Source: an uncultured Candidatus Saccharibacteria bacterium (GTDB taxonomy: Bacteria; Patescibacteriota; Minisyncoccia; Phycocordibacterales; PALSA-1337). From it: a stretch of 42,222 nt of DNA. Shown one piece after another: positions 8,533 to 16,889 of this stretch. A program made the translations under genes and the position numbers. The notes beneath the pieces are model-generated. The model worked only from the letters and a program-made list of their open reading frames with translations. It was not told where the DNA came from and searched no databases. The stretch is taken from positions 1-42,222 of the forward strand of contig CAYGGI010000002.1 in NCBI GenBank assembly GCA_964349525.1. The letters run 5' to 3'. Every line of letters starts with the position of its first letter. The first letter of the stretch is position 1.

Positions 8533-9150
8533 ATGTCGTCAGATCAATCTGCGAGGTGGGATAAAGTGTATGGTACCAAAACAGAGATCTTACCATGGAC
8601 TAATATTATTTTCTCAGATTTAGTGCATGAATATTTAAATTCTCTCAATAAAAATGAATTACTTCTGGTTCCTGGCTGTGGGAGAGGAGAAACGGTGAAT
8701 AGACTCTATATGGAGGGATTTAGAAATGTAGTAGGTACTGATATTTCAACCGAAGCTATTACACAAGCACGAGAGTTATTCCCACGTCTCGATTTTAGAG
8801 TGATTGCCACAGAAGATCTTAAAAATTATAAAGAATTTTTTGGTTGTAATGTTTTTGATTGGCTCAATCTGCACCAGATCAGTCCCAGCGATTTCGAGTC
8901 ATATTTGTCGTCACTGGGTACAATAGGCAAGACTCTCTGTATGAGTTGGATTTTCCATGAAGGAATAGAGAAACTTCGCTCGTATGTCCATGACGGAGAA
9001 GTATATTTTCACAACCCACAAACAGTTTTTGGCATCATAAATTCTGAAAGCCTTACATTAAAAGAAGAGTCTGCCTTTACATTTAAAGCAAATATATCCG
9101 AGAAGGATACTACCCACTCCGCAGTCACTCAAGTATATGCAAAATCATAA
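8533..9150 (+). CDS. class I SAM-dependent methyltransferase
   Basis: Motif I LLVPGCGRGE and post-I GTDIS. Codons are AT-rich. The gene starts 1 nt after the aspS stop. Confidence 0.7.
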   Translation: MSSDQSARWDKVYGTKTEILPWTNIIFSDLVHEYLNSLNKNELLLVPGCGRGETVNRLYMEGFRNVVGTDISTEAITQARELFPRLDFRVIATEDLKNYKEFFGCNVFDWLNLHQISPSDFESYLSSLGTIGKTLCMSWIFHEGIEKLRSYVHDGEVYFHNPQTVFGIINSESLTLKEESAFTFKANISEKDTTHSAVTQVYAKS

Positions 9151-10147
9151 CCCCAAGAGTATATTGATAATTGGAGGAACTGGAATTATTGGAAAAGCAA
9201 TGGTAGCCGAAGCTATTGGAGCTGGCTATCTAGTTACTACAATCGGAACAAAGAAAAACCAAGTTCTGTCTAAAGAAGTGACGCAGGTCTTGGTCGATAG
9301 AAAGAATAAGCAAGAATACAGCCATGTTCTCGGTGAAATAAACAATGGAGTACTGTGGGATATTGTTCTCGATGTACTTAATTTCGGCGGGGAAGATGCC
9401 AGAGAAACATATGAGATCTTTAAAAATAGTGCAAAGCACATCTTTATAATGAGCACGACTCTGGTGTACGATAGAAGTCAGCCATCAAACTTAATTAAGT
9501 CTAGTCACCCTCTCGCTCAAAAAGGTGTTTTGGGAGGATATGTCGACCAGAAACTTGAGCTCGAAAAATTCTGGTCATCTATAACGGATCATAATTGGAC
9601 CATACTTCGTCCGTACCATATTCTAGGTCCGGGTTCTTTGCTTGGCTGTCTTCCTGATCACAACAGGGATCCGAAACTTCTTGAACGAATTAAAAACAAC
9701 GAGCCTTTGTATCTTTGTAATGGCGGAAACATTGCATTGAACTATATTCATCCATCGGATATTGCACACTTAGTCTTGAAATGCGCTGGAAATCCTATTA
9801 CATACGGAAAAGCTTACAATGCGGTAAATCCCACACGAATTATTGCAAAAGATTATTTTGAAATGATCGGTAAGGTGTTAGGTAAGACTGTTTGTATTGT
9901 AAATAAGCCTATTCAGGAAATATGGGAAGAAAATAAAGGCTGGCAGCTTACTACTTTACCTCATGAATATGATGTTTCTGATTTGAAGCAAGATATCGAT
10001 TTTATTCCTTCTGTTCCACTAGAAATTGCAATCCATGAAGCAATTGGAAATTATCCTAAAGAACAAGATATTAAAAATATTTCTGTACATGAACGAATGA
10101 CGTTGCTCCCAAGGCCACAACCAATCAAATGGTTACTGGATGTTTGA
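9137..10147 (+). CDS. NAD-dependent epimerase/dehydratase family protein
   Basis: N-terminal Rossmann ILIIGGTGIIGKA in a 336-aa SDR-extended layout. It overlaps the upstream gene by 14 nt. Confidence 0.7.
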   Translation: MQNHNPKSILIIGGTGIIGKAMVAEAIGAGYLVTTIGTKKNQVLSKEVTQVLVDRKNKQEYSHVLGEINNGVLWDIVLDVLNFGGEDARETYEIFKNSAKHIFIMSTTLVYDRSQPSNLIKSSHPLAQKGVLGGYVDQKLELEKFWSSITDHNWTILRPYHILGPGSLLGCLPDHNRDPKLLERIKNNEPLYLCNGGNIALNYIHPSDIAHLVLKCAGNPITYGKAYNAVNPTRIIAKDYFEMIGKVLGKTVCIVNKPIQEIWEENKGWQLTTLPHEYDVSDLKQDIDFIPSVPLEIAIHEAIGNYPKEQDIKNISVHERMTLLPRPQPIKWLLDV

Positions 10148-10179
10148 TCCCTCCCCTCAATCCTGCTATCATTACCCCC

Positions 10180-10644
10180 ATGACAGCCACACAGTCCATC
10201 AAAGTCAAGACAATGTGTCTCTTTGTCCACAACGGAAAAGTCCTCATTCAGAGTGGCGCATCGTTGAAAAAGAGAGTTGTCGATAAGCCCCGTCCGATTA
10301 TCGAAGGGGATTTCTACCGTGTCCTTGGTGGCAGTCTTAATCTCTTTGAAACCGCTGAGGAGGGCATTAGAAGGGAAATCAAGGAAGAGCTCGGAAGTGA
10401 GATCGAGAATCTCCAATTCCTACAAGTCGTAGAAAATATATTTACCTATTGGGGCGAGAAGAATCATGAGATTGTTTTTCTCTACCGAGCCGACCTTACG
10501 GACAAGAGTCTCTACGAGCGGGAGAAAATTCATATCGTCGAAGATGTCTATGAGTTCGACGCGGAGTGGATGCCGATCGAGAAGATTTTAAATAAGGAGA
10601 TTACACTCTATCCATTGGCGGATTACGGAAAGTTCTTAAAATAA
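10180..10644 (+). CDS. NUDIX hydrolase
   Basis: Nudix box GGSLNLFETAEEGIRREIKEELG. I prefer the ATG at 10180 to the ORF-track start at 10129. Confidence 0.8.
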   Translation: MTATQSIKVKTMCLFVHNGKVLIQSGASLKKRVVDKPRPIIEGDFYRVLGGSLNLFETAEEGIRREIKEELGSEIENLQFLQVVENIFTYWGEKNHEIVFLYRADLTDKSLYEREKIHIVEDVYEFDAEWMPIEKILNKEITLYPLADYGKFLK

Positions 10645-10654
10645 AATCCAACTT

Positions 10655-11269
10655 ATGAACCCCCAGATCCTCGTTATCCACGGCGGCAACGCCTTCGAAA
10701 AATACGACGAATATCTGGCGTATCTTCGCGAGCGAGATTTTTCTCTCGATCGTTTCCGAGCGAAAGATTGGAAGACTACCCTCCGAGATGTTCTTGGTGA
10801 AGATTATGATGTCCTCAATCCTCTGATGCCGAATTCTCAAAACGCCCGCTATGCCGAATGGAAAATTTGGTTTGAAAGGATTGTGCTGCTGCTCGACGAA
10901 GAGGTTATTCTCATAGGCCACTCCCTCGGCGGTATTTTCCTTACGAAATATCTTTCGGAAAATGATTTTCCAAAAAAAGTGAAAGCAACCCTTCTCGTCG
11001 CAGCTCCCTTTAACACTGAAAATGAGCATCCTCTTGTCGACTTTGTAATTTCTCGAGATTTGAAAAGGTTTGAAAGGCAGGGAGGTAAAATCATTCTTTA
11101 TCATAGCACAGACGATCAGGTAGTTCCTTTTTCAAACTCCGAAAGCTATAAAAAACTCCTACCAAAAGCAGAACTCGAAGTCTTTGAGAATAGAGGCCAT
11201 TTCAATCAATCGGAGTTCCCCGAGCTTGTGAAAGATATTAAGAGGTTATCCACACCTCTTGAAAACTAA
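10655..11269 (+). CDS. alpha/beta serine hydrolase (YdeN / RBBP9-like)
   Basis: Nucleophile elbow GHSLGG, a late D and GHF histidine, and about 200 aa, as in the PF06821-type family. Confidence 0.7.
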   Translation: MNPQILVIHGGNAFEKYDEYLAYLRERDFSLDRFRAKDWKTTLRDVLGEDYDVLNPLMPNSQNARYAEWKIWFERIVLLLDEEVILIGHSLGGIFLTKYLSENDFPKKVKATLLVAAPFNTENEHPLVDFVISRDLKRFERQGGKIILYHSTDDQVVPFSNSESYKKLLPKAELEVFENRGHFNQSEFPELVKDIKRLSTPLEN

Positions 11270-11358
11270 ACTGATTTAAGCTATAGTTATGGCATAACCC
11301 TCACCGCTTCGGCGATGAGCCGCGAAATCCCAGAGAAATCTGGGGTTTTTGCCTTTTA

Positions 11359-11369
11359 TGGTATATAAT
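11359..11369 (+). promoter_or_regulatory. extended -10 promoter (TGgTATATAAT) 6 nt before the ATG at 11376
   Basis: TATAAT at 11364-11369, ATG at 11376. The ORF-track start at 11349 would lie upstream of the predicted transcript. Confidence 0.5.
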
Positions 11370-11375
11370 TACCCC

Positions 11376-11609
11376 ATGAGCCTCGATAAAGAAATTCAAA
11401 CATTCAAAACTCATAAGAAACAACTGCTTGCCGAGAAGAAGGACAGGTTTGTTCTCATTAAAGGGGATAAAGTTATCTCTGACTTTGTAAGCTACGAAGA
11501 TGCTTTATCTGACGGTTACAAACGATACGGCAATCAGGAATTTCTCGTCAAGCAGGTTTTGGAAAACGATATGGTAAATTTCTTTACCAAGGATTTTTTC
11601 CTTGCCTAG
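11376..11609 (+). CDS. small hypothetical protein (77 aa), partner of the downstream aspartic protease
   Basis: MSLDKEIQTFKTHKKQLL..FVLIKGDKVISDF..YEDALSDGYKRYG. Its stop lies 10 nt before the next ATG. Confidence 0.6.
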   Translation: MSLDKEIQTFKTHKKQLLAEKKDRFVLIKGDKVISDFVSYEDALSDGYKRYGNQEFLVKQVLENDMVNFFTKDFFLA

Positions 11610-11619
11610 GTCTTATATT

Positions 11620-12060
11620 ATGCCTTTACAATTTTCCACATCACCCGATCTCCAGAAAATGGGGCCTACAATCACCGTGAAGATAACTCCTTCAGCAGCC
11701 CTTTTAGGTACTCTAACTACCCCTACAGAAATTGCTAAATATGATAAAAGTTTTCTTGCGATCCTTATGATTGATACGGGAGCGTCCTGCTCAATGATCG
11801 ATGAGGGAGTCGCCAAAGCTCTAGGTCTAGTAAATCACGGTAAAGATAAAGTCCTGACTCCTTCTGGAGAACGAGAATGTCTTACCTACGATATAAACTT
11901 GGTTTTTATTGGAAATGGGAGAACATTTAATAATATACGAGTTGTAGAAAGCGACTTCAAAGAGAAACAAGGAATTGATGGTTTGATCGGAAGAGATATT
12001 CTTAAGGACTCCTTGCTTGTATACCAAGGCACTGCAAATCAGTTTACTTTGGCTTTTTAA
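11620..12060 (+). CDS. retropepsin-like (clan AA) aspartic protease, single domain
   Basis: Catalytic LMIDTGASCSMID (D-T-G-A) and the downstream GLIGRDILK flap/dimer motif. I prefer the ATG at 11620 to the TTG at 11602. Confidence 0.75.
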   Translation: MPLQFSTSPDLQKMGPTITVKITPSAALLGTLTTPTEIAKYDKSFLAILMIDTGASCSMIDEGVAKALGLVNHGKDKVLTPSGERECLTYDINLVFIGNGRTFNNIRVVESDFKEKQGIDGLIGRDILKDSLLVYQGTANQFTLAF

Positions 12061-12070
12061 CCTGCACCCC

Positions 12071-12099
12071 TTGACTTATCCCCCAACCCAAGCTATGCT
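12071..12099 (+). promoter_or_regulatory. sigma70-like promoter TTGACT-N17-TATGCT
   Basis: -35 at 12071-12076 and -10 at 12094-12099. The predicted TSS coincides with the ATG at 12107. Confidence 0.5.
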
Positions 12100-12106
12100 A
12101 TACCCT

Positions 12107-12190
12107 ATGACAAACACGACTCGCAACGTGAATATAAAGAACCACCCTGCTATACAAGCAGGTCTTCTACGCTGTGTTCCCAGTATTTAA
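12107..12190 (+). CDS. 27-codon leaderless sORF (MTNTTRNVNIKNHPAIQAGLLRCVPSI), or alternatively a small RNA
   Basis: Below the ORF-track size cutoff and translated by hand. It is bracketed by a promoter and a terminator. Confidence 0.3.
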   Translation: MTNTTRNVNIKNHPAIQAGLLRCVPSI

Positions 12191-12212
12191 ACTTCTCGTT
12201 TTGAATACCTTA

Positions 12213-12237
12213 AACACCGCGTAAAAGCGGTGTTTTT
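12213..12237 (+). terminator. rho-independent terminator
   Basis: aacaccgc (12213-12220) pairs with gcggtgtt (12227-12234), followed by ttt. Confidence 0.7.
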
Positions 12238-12330
12238 AGTTCTTTGTGCTCGTAAGCTCCTTATGCTTACCTCAGTTCTTCACAATTCACTTAACCTCAA
12301 CAAAACCTCGGAAATAGAAAGGTAGAAAGT

Positions 12331-14112
12331 ATGAAAGAAAAGCAAAACCCTCTTGTGTATCTCTTCAGCAAGACCTGGGAGTATTCAGCGGGGAATAGGA
12401 AACAAGTCGTGCAGTATTGGATTGGTTGCATCGTAGCCAACACTATCAGTATGATACTGCAACCATTCCTCATTGCATGGCTCGTCAATATTGTTCAGAA
12501 AGAAGGAGTAACGTGGAGTAATATCACCAAGCTTCTTCTGATTCTCACAGGGACATGTGTCATCACATTCGTGTTCTGGTGTCTTCACGGACCATCACGG
12601 ATCAAAGAAAATAACAACGCAGACAGATCGAGGGGTCAGTACCGGAAGTTCTTATTCAAAGGCTTTCTGATACTGCCTCTCGAATGGCATGCAGATCATC
12701 TCTCTGGCGATACGATCGACAAAGTTGAGAAGGGGACAAGCGCGCTGCATGATTTTGCGTCTGATTCATTTATCCCAATCTTCTTCTGCGTACGGCTCGT
12801 CGTGAGCTTCGGCATGATCGCGTATTTTAGCCCGCTCGCAGGTATTATTGTGCTCGTCATGATGATGCTTGCGGTTGCGGCTATCAGAAAGTTCGATACA
12901 GAAATCATGGAGAATTATACGATCCTGAATCGTTCGGAGAATAAAATATCCGCGCGTCTTCTCGACATAATCCACAACATCACGACCATCATAACCTTGC
13001 GCGTAGAGAAATCAATGTATGAGACAGCTTGTCGGGAGATCGATGAGCCGATGCCTCTTTACAAAAGGAACAATGTTCTCAATGAGACAAAATGGTTTCT
13101 CGTCAGTATGTGTTGTGCAGGTATGGAAGCCTTCGTGCTCGGAGCCTATCTCCTGCAGTGTCTCGTGACATCGCAGGTCATCCTTATCGGTACCCTCTAC
13201 CTCCTCATTCGTTATCTAACCGAGATGGACGAACTCTTCTTCAGATTTGCAGATATCTACGGTGAGGTCATCAAGCGTCAGTCGAAAGTCTTTAATTCCG
13301 AAGAACTGGCGCAGGACTTCAAACCAGAGAGCTTTGCAAATCATGTCCTGCCGACAGACTGGCAACGCATCGAGATAAAGGATCTCGACTTCTCCTACAC
13401 GGATGCGAAAGGCAAACGCCTTCATCTCGACAGCGTCTCCCTTTCTTTTAATAGAGGAGAACGGATCGCTTTTGTCGGAAAAAGGGGGAGCGGTAAAACG
13501 ACGCTACTCCAAATCATTCGAGACCTCTATCATCCGGGACACCTACGGCTATTAGTGGACGGTAAGGAAATCGCAGATGGTTTCGCTGGTATCAGCAGAG
13601 CGATAGCTCTCGTTCCTCAAAGTCCAGAAATATTCGCCACAACCATCCGTGACAACATCACCATGGGAGTTGATCATGACGAAATAAAAGTCATGTCGTA
13701 TGTCAACATGGCGCGCTTCAGCGATGTCATAGACAAACTTCCGAAAGGTCTTGATTCGCGGGTGCATGAAAAAGGGGTCAAACTTTCTGGAGGTGAACGG
13801 CAGAGTCTGGCCCTGGCACGAGGCCTGCTCGCCTGTGAAGACAAATCGATCATTCTCCTCGATGAGCCTACGAGTTCAGTTGATCTTCACAATGAGCATG
13901 CGATTCACAGAAACATCAGTGATAGATTCAAAGGCGCTACGATCATCTCATCTGTCCACAAGCCGCATCTATTGCAGTATTTCGATCGCATCTGTATGTT
14001 CGAAGATGGACGTATAGTGGCTTCAGGAAGCTTCAAAGAACTTCTGGCTACATCGCCTCAGTTCAAGGAGTTGTTGCAACACTACAAGACGCTCCAGAAT
14101 GAGCAGGAGTAG
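12331..14112 (+). CDS. ABC exporter, fused permease/ATPase (MsbA-like half transporter)
   Basis: N-terminal 6-TM domain, Walker A GKRGSGKTT, signature LSGGERQ, and Walker B ILLDEPTSSVD. Confidence 0.9.
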   Translation: MKEKQNPLVYLFSKTWEYSAGNRKQVVQYWIGCIVANTISMILQPFLIAWLVNIVQKEGVTWSNITKLLLILTGTCVITFVFWCLHGPSRIKENNNADRSRGQYRKFLFKGFLILPLEWHADHLSGDTIDKVEKGTSALHDFASDSFIPIFFCVRLVVSFGMIAYFSPLAGIIVLVMMMLAVAAIRKFDTEIMENYTILNRSENKISARLLDIIHNITTIITLRVEKSMYETACREIDEPMPLYKRNNVLNETKWFLVSMCCAGMEAFVLGAYLLQCLVTSQVILIGTLYLLIRYLTEMDELFFRFADIYGEVIKRQSKVFNSEELAQDFKPESFANHVLPTDWQRIEIKDLDFSYTDAKGKRLHLDSVSLSFNRGERIAFVGKRGSGKTTLLQIIRDLYHPGHLRLLVDGKEIADGFAGISRAIALVPQSPEIFATTIRDNITMGVDHDEIKVMSYVNMARFSDVIDKLPKGLDSRVHEKGVKLSGGERQSLALARGLLACEDKSIILLDEPTSSVDLHNEHAIHRNISDRFKGATIISSVHKPHLLQYFDRICMFEDGRIVASGSFKELLATSPQFKELLQHYKTLQNEQE

Positions 14113-14135
14113 ATTTAGTAAGGCATAGTTTACAC

Positions 14136-14166
14136 AAGCAGTCCGCTCACCCCGGCTGCTTTTTTA
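14136..14166 (+). terminator. terminator of the ABC exporter gene
   Basis: aagcag pairs with ctgctt, followed by a T6 run. Confidence 0.6.
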
Positions 14167-14182
14167 TTCCATTATTCTCATA

Positions 14183-14191
14183 TGCTATACT
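14183..14191 (+). promoter_or_regulatory. extended -10 promoter (TGcTATACT) 6 nt before the scpA ATG
   Basis: TATACT at 14186-14191, ATG at 14198. Confidence 0.55.
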
Positions 14192-14197
14192 ATACCC

Positions 14198-14986
14198 ATG
14201 CCCTCTGAACACGAGGCGAGAAAATTGGTGCCAAATGTGAAAAACAGTACTGGCACCTTTAAGATAAAAACTGAAATTTTTGAAGGCCCGCTCGACCTCC
14301 TCCTCTTTCTCGTCGAGAAACGCAAGCTCTTTATCAATGATATTGCTCTCGCGAAGGTCACCGACGATTTTATCCGTCATATCGAGCAATTTAATCAATC
14401 CTCCAGCCGTCAGTATATCGGCGAGTCTGCCCAATTTATTCTCATTGCTTCGACTCTTCTCCTTATTAAATCCCGCTCACTTCTGCCGATGCTCGAACTG
14501 ACTGATGAGGAAGAAGAGGGAATCCACGACCTCGAGACACGGCTCAAGATATATAAGAGGATAAAGGAGGCGAGCGAGCGTGTGCGGGCACTCTTCGGCA
14601 CATCGATCATTTTCCAACACGAGGCTCGCGTGCCGGCTTCCGTCTTTTCCCCTCATGAGTCCATGAACCTCCTCGCACTCGCCAAATCAATAAAGGACAT
14701 TATCCATAGTCTGCCAAAGAAAGAAGCCTTGCCGAAGGCCATTGTCCGACAAGTCGTCAGTCTCGAGGAAATGATCGACAGTCTCACCGATCGCATTACG
14801 AAAGGTCTGCGGATGAGTTTCAAGGAATTCTCGGCGGGCCATAGAGAGGAGAGGGTGAACGTCATCGTGAGTTTCCTCGCAATGCTCGAGCTTGTCAAAC
14901 AGGGGACCATCCATGTCTCGCAAGGAGCAAACTTCGAAGATATCCACATGGAGACGACCGCGATCGGTGTTCCGAGATACGGATGA
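14198..14986 (+). CDS. scpA: segregation and condensation protein A
   Basis: FEGPLDLLLFLVEKRKLFINDIALAKVTDDF signature. Confidence 0.9.
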   Translation: MPSEHEARKLVPNVKNSTGTFKIKTEIFEGPLDLLLFLVEKRKLFINDIALAKVTDDFIRHIEQFNQSSSRQYIGESAQFILIASTLLLIKSRSLLPMLELTDEEEEGIHDLETRLKIYKRIKEASERVRALFGTSIIFQHEARVPASVFSPHESMNLLALAKSIKDIIHSLPKKEALPKAIVRQVVSLEEMIDSLTDRITKGLRMSFKEFSAGHREERVNVIVSFLAMLELVKQGTIHVSQGANFEDIHMETTAIGVPRYG

Positions 14987-15020
14987 GTTTCTGTGTGGTA
15001 TACTAGTACCTACATTTTCA

Positions 15021-15560
15021 ATGCCACTTTTACTATCATCCCAAATCGAAGCGATACTTTTCTATAAGGCAGAACCGCTGTCGGTCAAACGTCTCGCGCA
15101 GATTCTTAAAAAGGATGAAACGGAAATACGAAATGCTGTTAGAGAACTCAAAGAAGAATTGAAGGGCAGGGGATTAGCTCTTGTCGAATGGGAAGACGAA
15201 GTAACGCTCGGAACCTCGCGTGATGTTGCCCATCTTATCGAAACTCTCACAAAAGAAGAGTTGACGAAGGATCTCGGCAAGGCTGGTCTCGAAACCCTCT
15301 CCATTATTCTCTACCAGGGTCCGCTCGCTCGCGCTGATATCGACTATATTCGTGGAGTTAATTCCAATTTTATTCTTCGCAACCTCCTCATCCGCGGACT
15401 CATCGAGCGCGTCGAGAATCCAAAGGACCATCGGAGTTTCCTCTACAAGCCTTCGCTCGAGCTCATCTCGCATCTCGGACTTTCACACATTACTGAATTG
15501 CCAGACTATGAGTCCGTTAGAAACGATATCGAAGCGTTTAAAAATACGGATGAAAAATAA
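15021..15560 (+). CDS. scpB: segregation and condensation protein B
   Basis: IEAILFYKAEPLSVKRLAQIL and two winged-helix repeats. The ATG at 15021 lies downstream of TGgTATACT (14996-15004). Confidence 0.88.
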   Translation: MPLLLSSQIEAILFYKAEPLSVKRLAQILKKDETEIRNAVRELKEELKGRGLALVEWEDEVTLGTSRDVAHLIETLTKEELTKDLGKAGLETLSIILYQGPLARADIDYIRGVNSNFILRNLLIRGLIERVENPKDHRSFLYKPSLELISHLGLSHITELPDYESVRNDIEAFKNTDEK

Positions 15561-16647
15561 AGCCACCATTGACGCTATTTACCTTGCCTCCATCGTCCTC
15601 CTGACCGTAGCCGGCTTCCTTATCTTCAGCTCAGCATCACTCGGACTCCTGGCCCGCGACGGAGCTTCTTTCCGCGCGGTTGCAGTCAACCAGAGCCTCT
15701 CGCTCGTGATCGGCGGGATTGTCTTCTTTATCATGTCGAAAGTCGATTACAAGTATCTCCGCAAGTACGCTTTCTATATTCTCCTCTTCGCCGTTTTTCT
15801 CAACCTTCTCCTTTTTATTCCGAGCCTCACATTGACACATGGCGGGGCGAGTCGCTGGATCAATCTCCACTTTGTCACATTCCAGCCGTCAGAGTTTTTG
15901 AAGATCGCCTTCGTCATCTATTTTGCCGCATGGCTCGCGAGTGTCAAGGATAAAGTCGCAACCTTCAAGCTCGGAGTTCTGCCCTACATGGTCATCATTG
16001 CCATTCTCGGCGGGCTTATTCTCGCCCAGCATGATACGGATACTCTCGTTGTTATAGCTGCTGCAGGTATCGTCATGCTCTTTTCGGCTGGAGCGCGGCT
16101 CCGCGATATGGCTATTCTCGGTGCCGTCCTCATCATTCTTGTTGGATCTGTCGTCTATTTCCGTCCCTATGTCCGCCAACGCATCGTGACTTTTTTCCAT
16201 CCGACACAGGATATGCAAGGTGCGGGCTACCAGATCCAGCAGTCGCTCATCGCTATCGGTTCGGGACAGATTACTGGCAGCGGTTTCGGACAGAGTGTGC
16301 AGAAGTTTAAATACTTGCCTGAGCCGATCGGCGACTCTATTTTCGCCGTTCAGGCCGAGGAGTTCGGCTTTCTCGGTAGTATCTCGCTCATCCTACTTTT
16401 TCTACTTTTTATTTTCCGGTCAATAAAAATTGCTTCTTGTGCGCCGGATATCTTTGGCGGTTTGACGGTCATCGGTATCGCGGCGGTGATTATCATTGAA
16501 TCCTTCATGAACATTTCTTCGATGATCGGTGTTCTGCCGCTTTCTGGTATGCCTCTCCTCTTCGTCAGTCACGGCGGTACGGCGCTCATCATCATCCTCG
16601 CCGCAGCAGGTGTTATCGCTAACATTTCGAAATTTCAAAAGGGGTAG
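15550..16647 (+). CDS. ftsW: SEDS-family peptidoglycan glycosyltransferase FtsW
   Basis: Polytopic membrane protein with QPSEFLK, GDSIFA and PLLFVSHGGT motifs. The start at 15550 overlaps the scpB stop by 11 nt. It is adjacent to murG. Confidence 0.88.
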   Translation: MKNKATIDAIYLASIVLLTVAGFLIFSSASLGLLARDGASFRAVAVNQSLSLVIGGIVFFIMSKVDYKYLRKYAFYILLFAVFLNLLLFIPSLTLTHGGASRWINLHFVTFQPSEFLKIAFVIYFAAWLASVKDKVATFKLGVLPYMVIIAILGGLILAQHDTDTLVVIAAAGIVMLFSAGARLRDMAILGAVLIILVGSVVYFRPYVRQRIVTFFHPTQDMQGAGYQIQQSLIAIGSGQITGSGFGQSVQKFKYLPEPIGDSIFAVQAEEFGFLGSISLILLFLLFIFRSIKIASCAPDIFGGLTVIGIAAVIIIESFMNISSMIGVLPLSGMPLLFVSHGGTALIIILAAAGVIANISKFQKG

Positions 16648-16700
16648 GGGGGTATGATTATATGGCTAGGTTGAGGGTCCGATTTAGCTTGACAGAATGA

Positions 16701-16726
16701 CCACATCCCGATCGATGTGGTTTTAC
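16701..16726 (+). terminator. rho-independent terminator of ftsW
   Basis: ccacatc (16701-16707) pairs with gatgtgg (16714-16720), followed by ttttactttt. Confidence 0.75.
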
Positions 16727-16738
16727 TTTTCTCTTTTA

Positions 16739-16764
16739 GTATTAAGTGTGTGTAGAGTCAAGTC
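16739..16764 (-). repeat. 26-nt copy (25/26) of a prophage intergenic motif
   Basis: The reverse complement, gacttgactCtacacacacttaatac, matches 33422-33447 with one mismatch. A 7-bp hairpin (16771-16791) lies immediately upstream in the same relative orientation. Confidence 0.8.
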
Positions 16765-16873
16765 TAATTTTCGACGATACTTTCGTCGAAATTCGGTATA
16801 AGTTGATAATGAAAAGATGAGACTCCGAACGGGGAGTGAGCCTTTTTTTCCCAATCCCCATTTAATTTTCCTA

Positions 16874-16882
16874 TGCTATAAT
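16874..16882 (+). promoter_or_regulatory. extended -10 promoter (TGcTATAAT) 7 nt before the murG ATG
   Basis: TATAAT at 16877-16882, ATG at 16890. Confidence 0.55.
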
Positions 16883-16889
16883 ACTCCCC

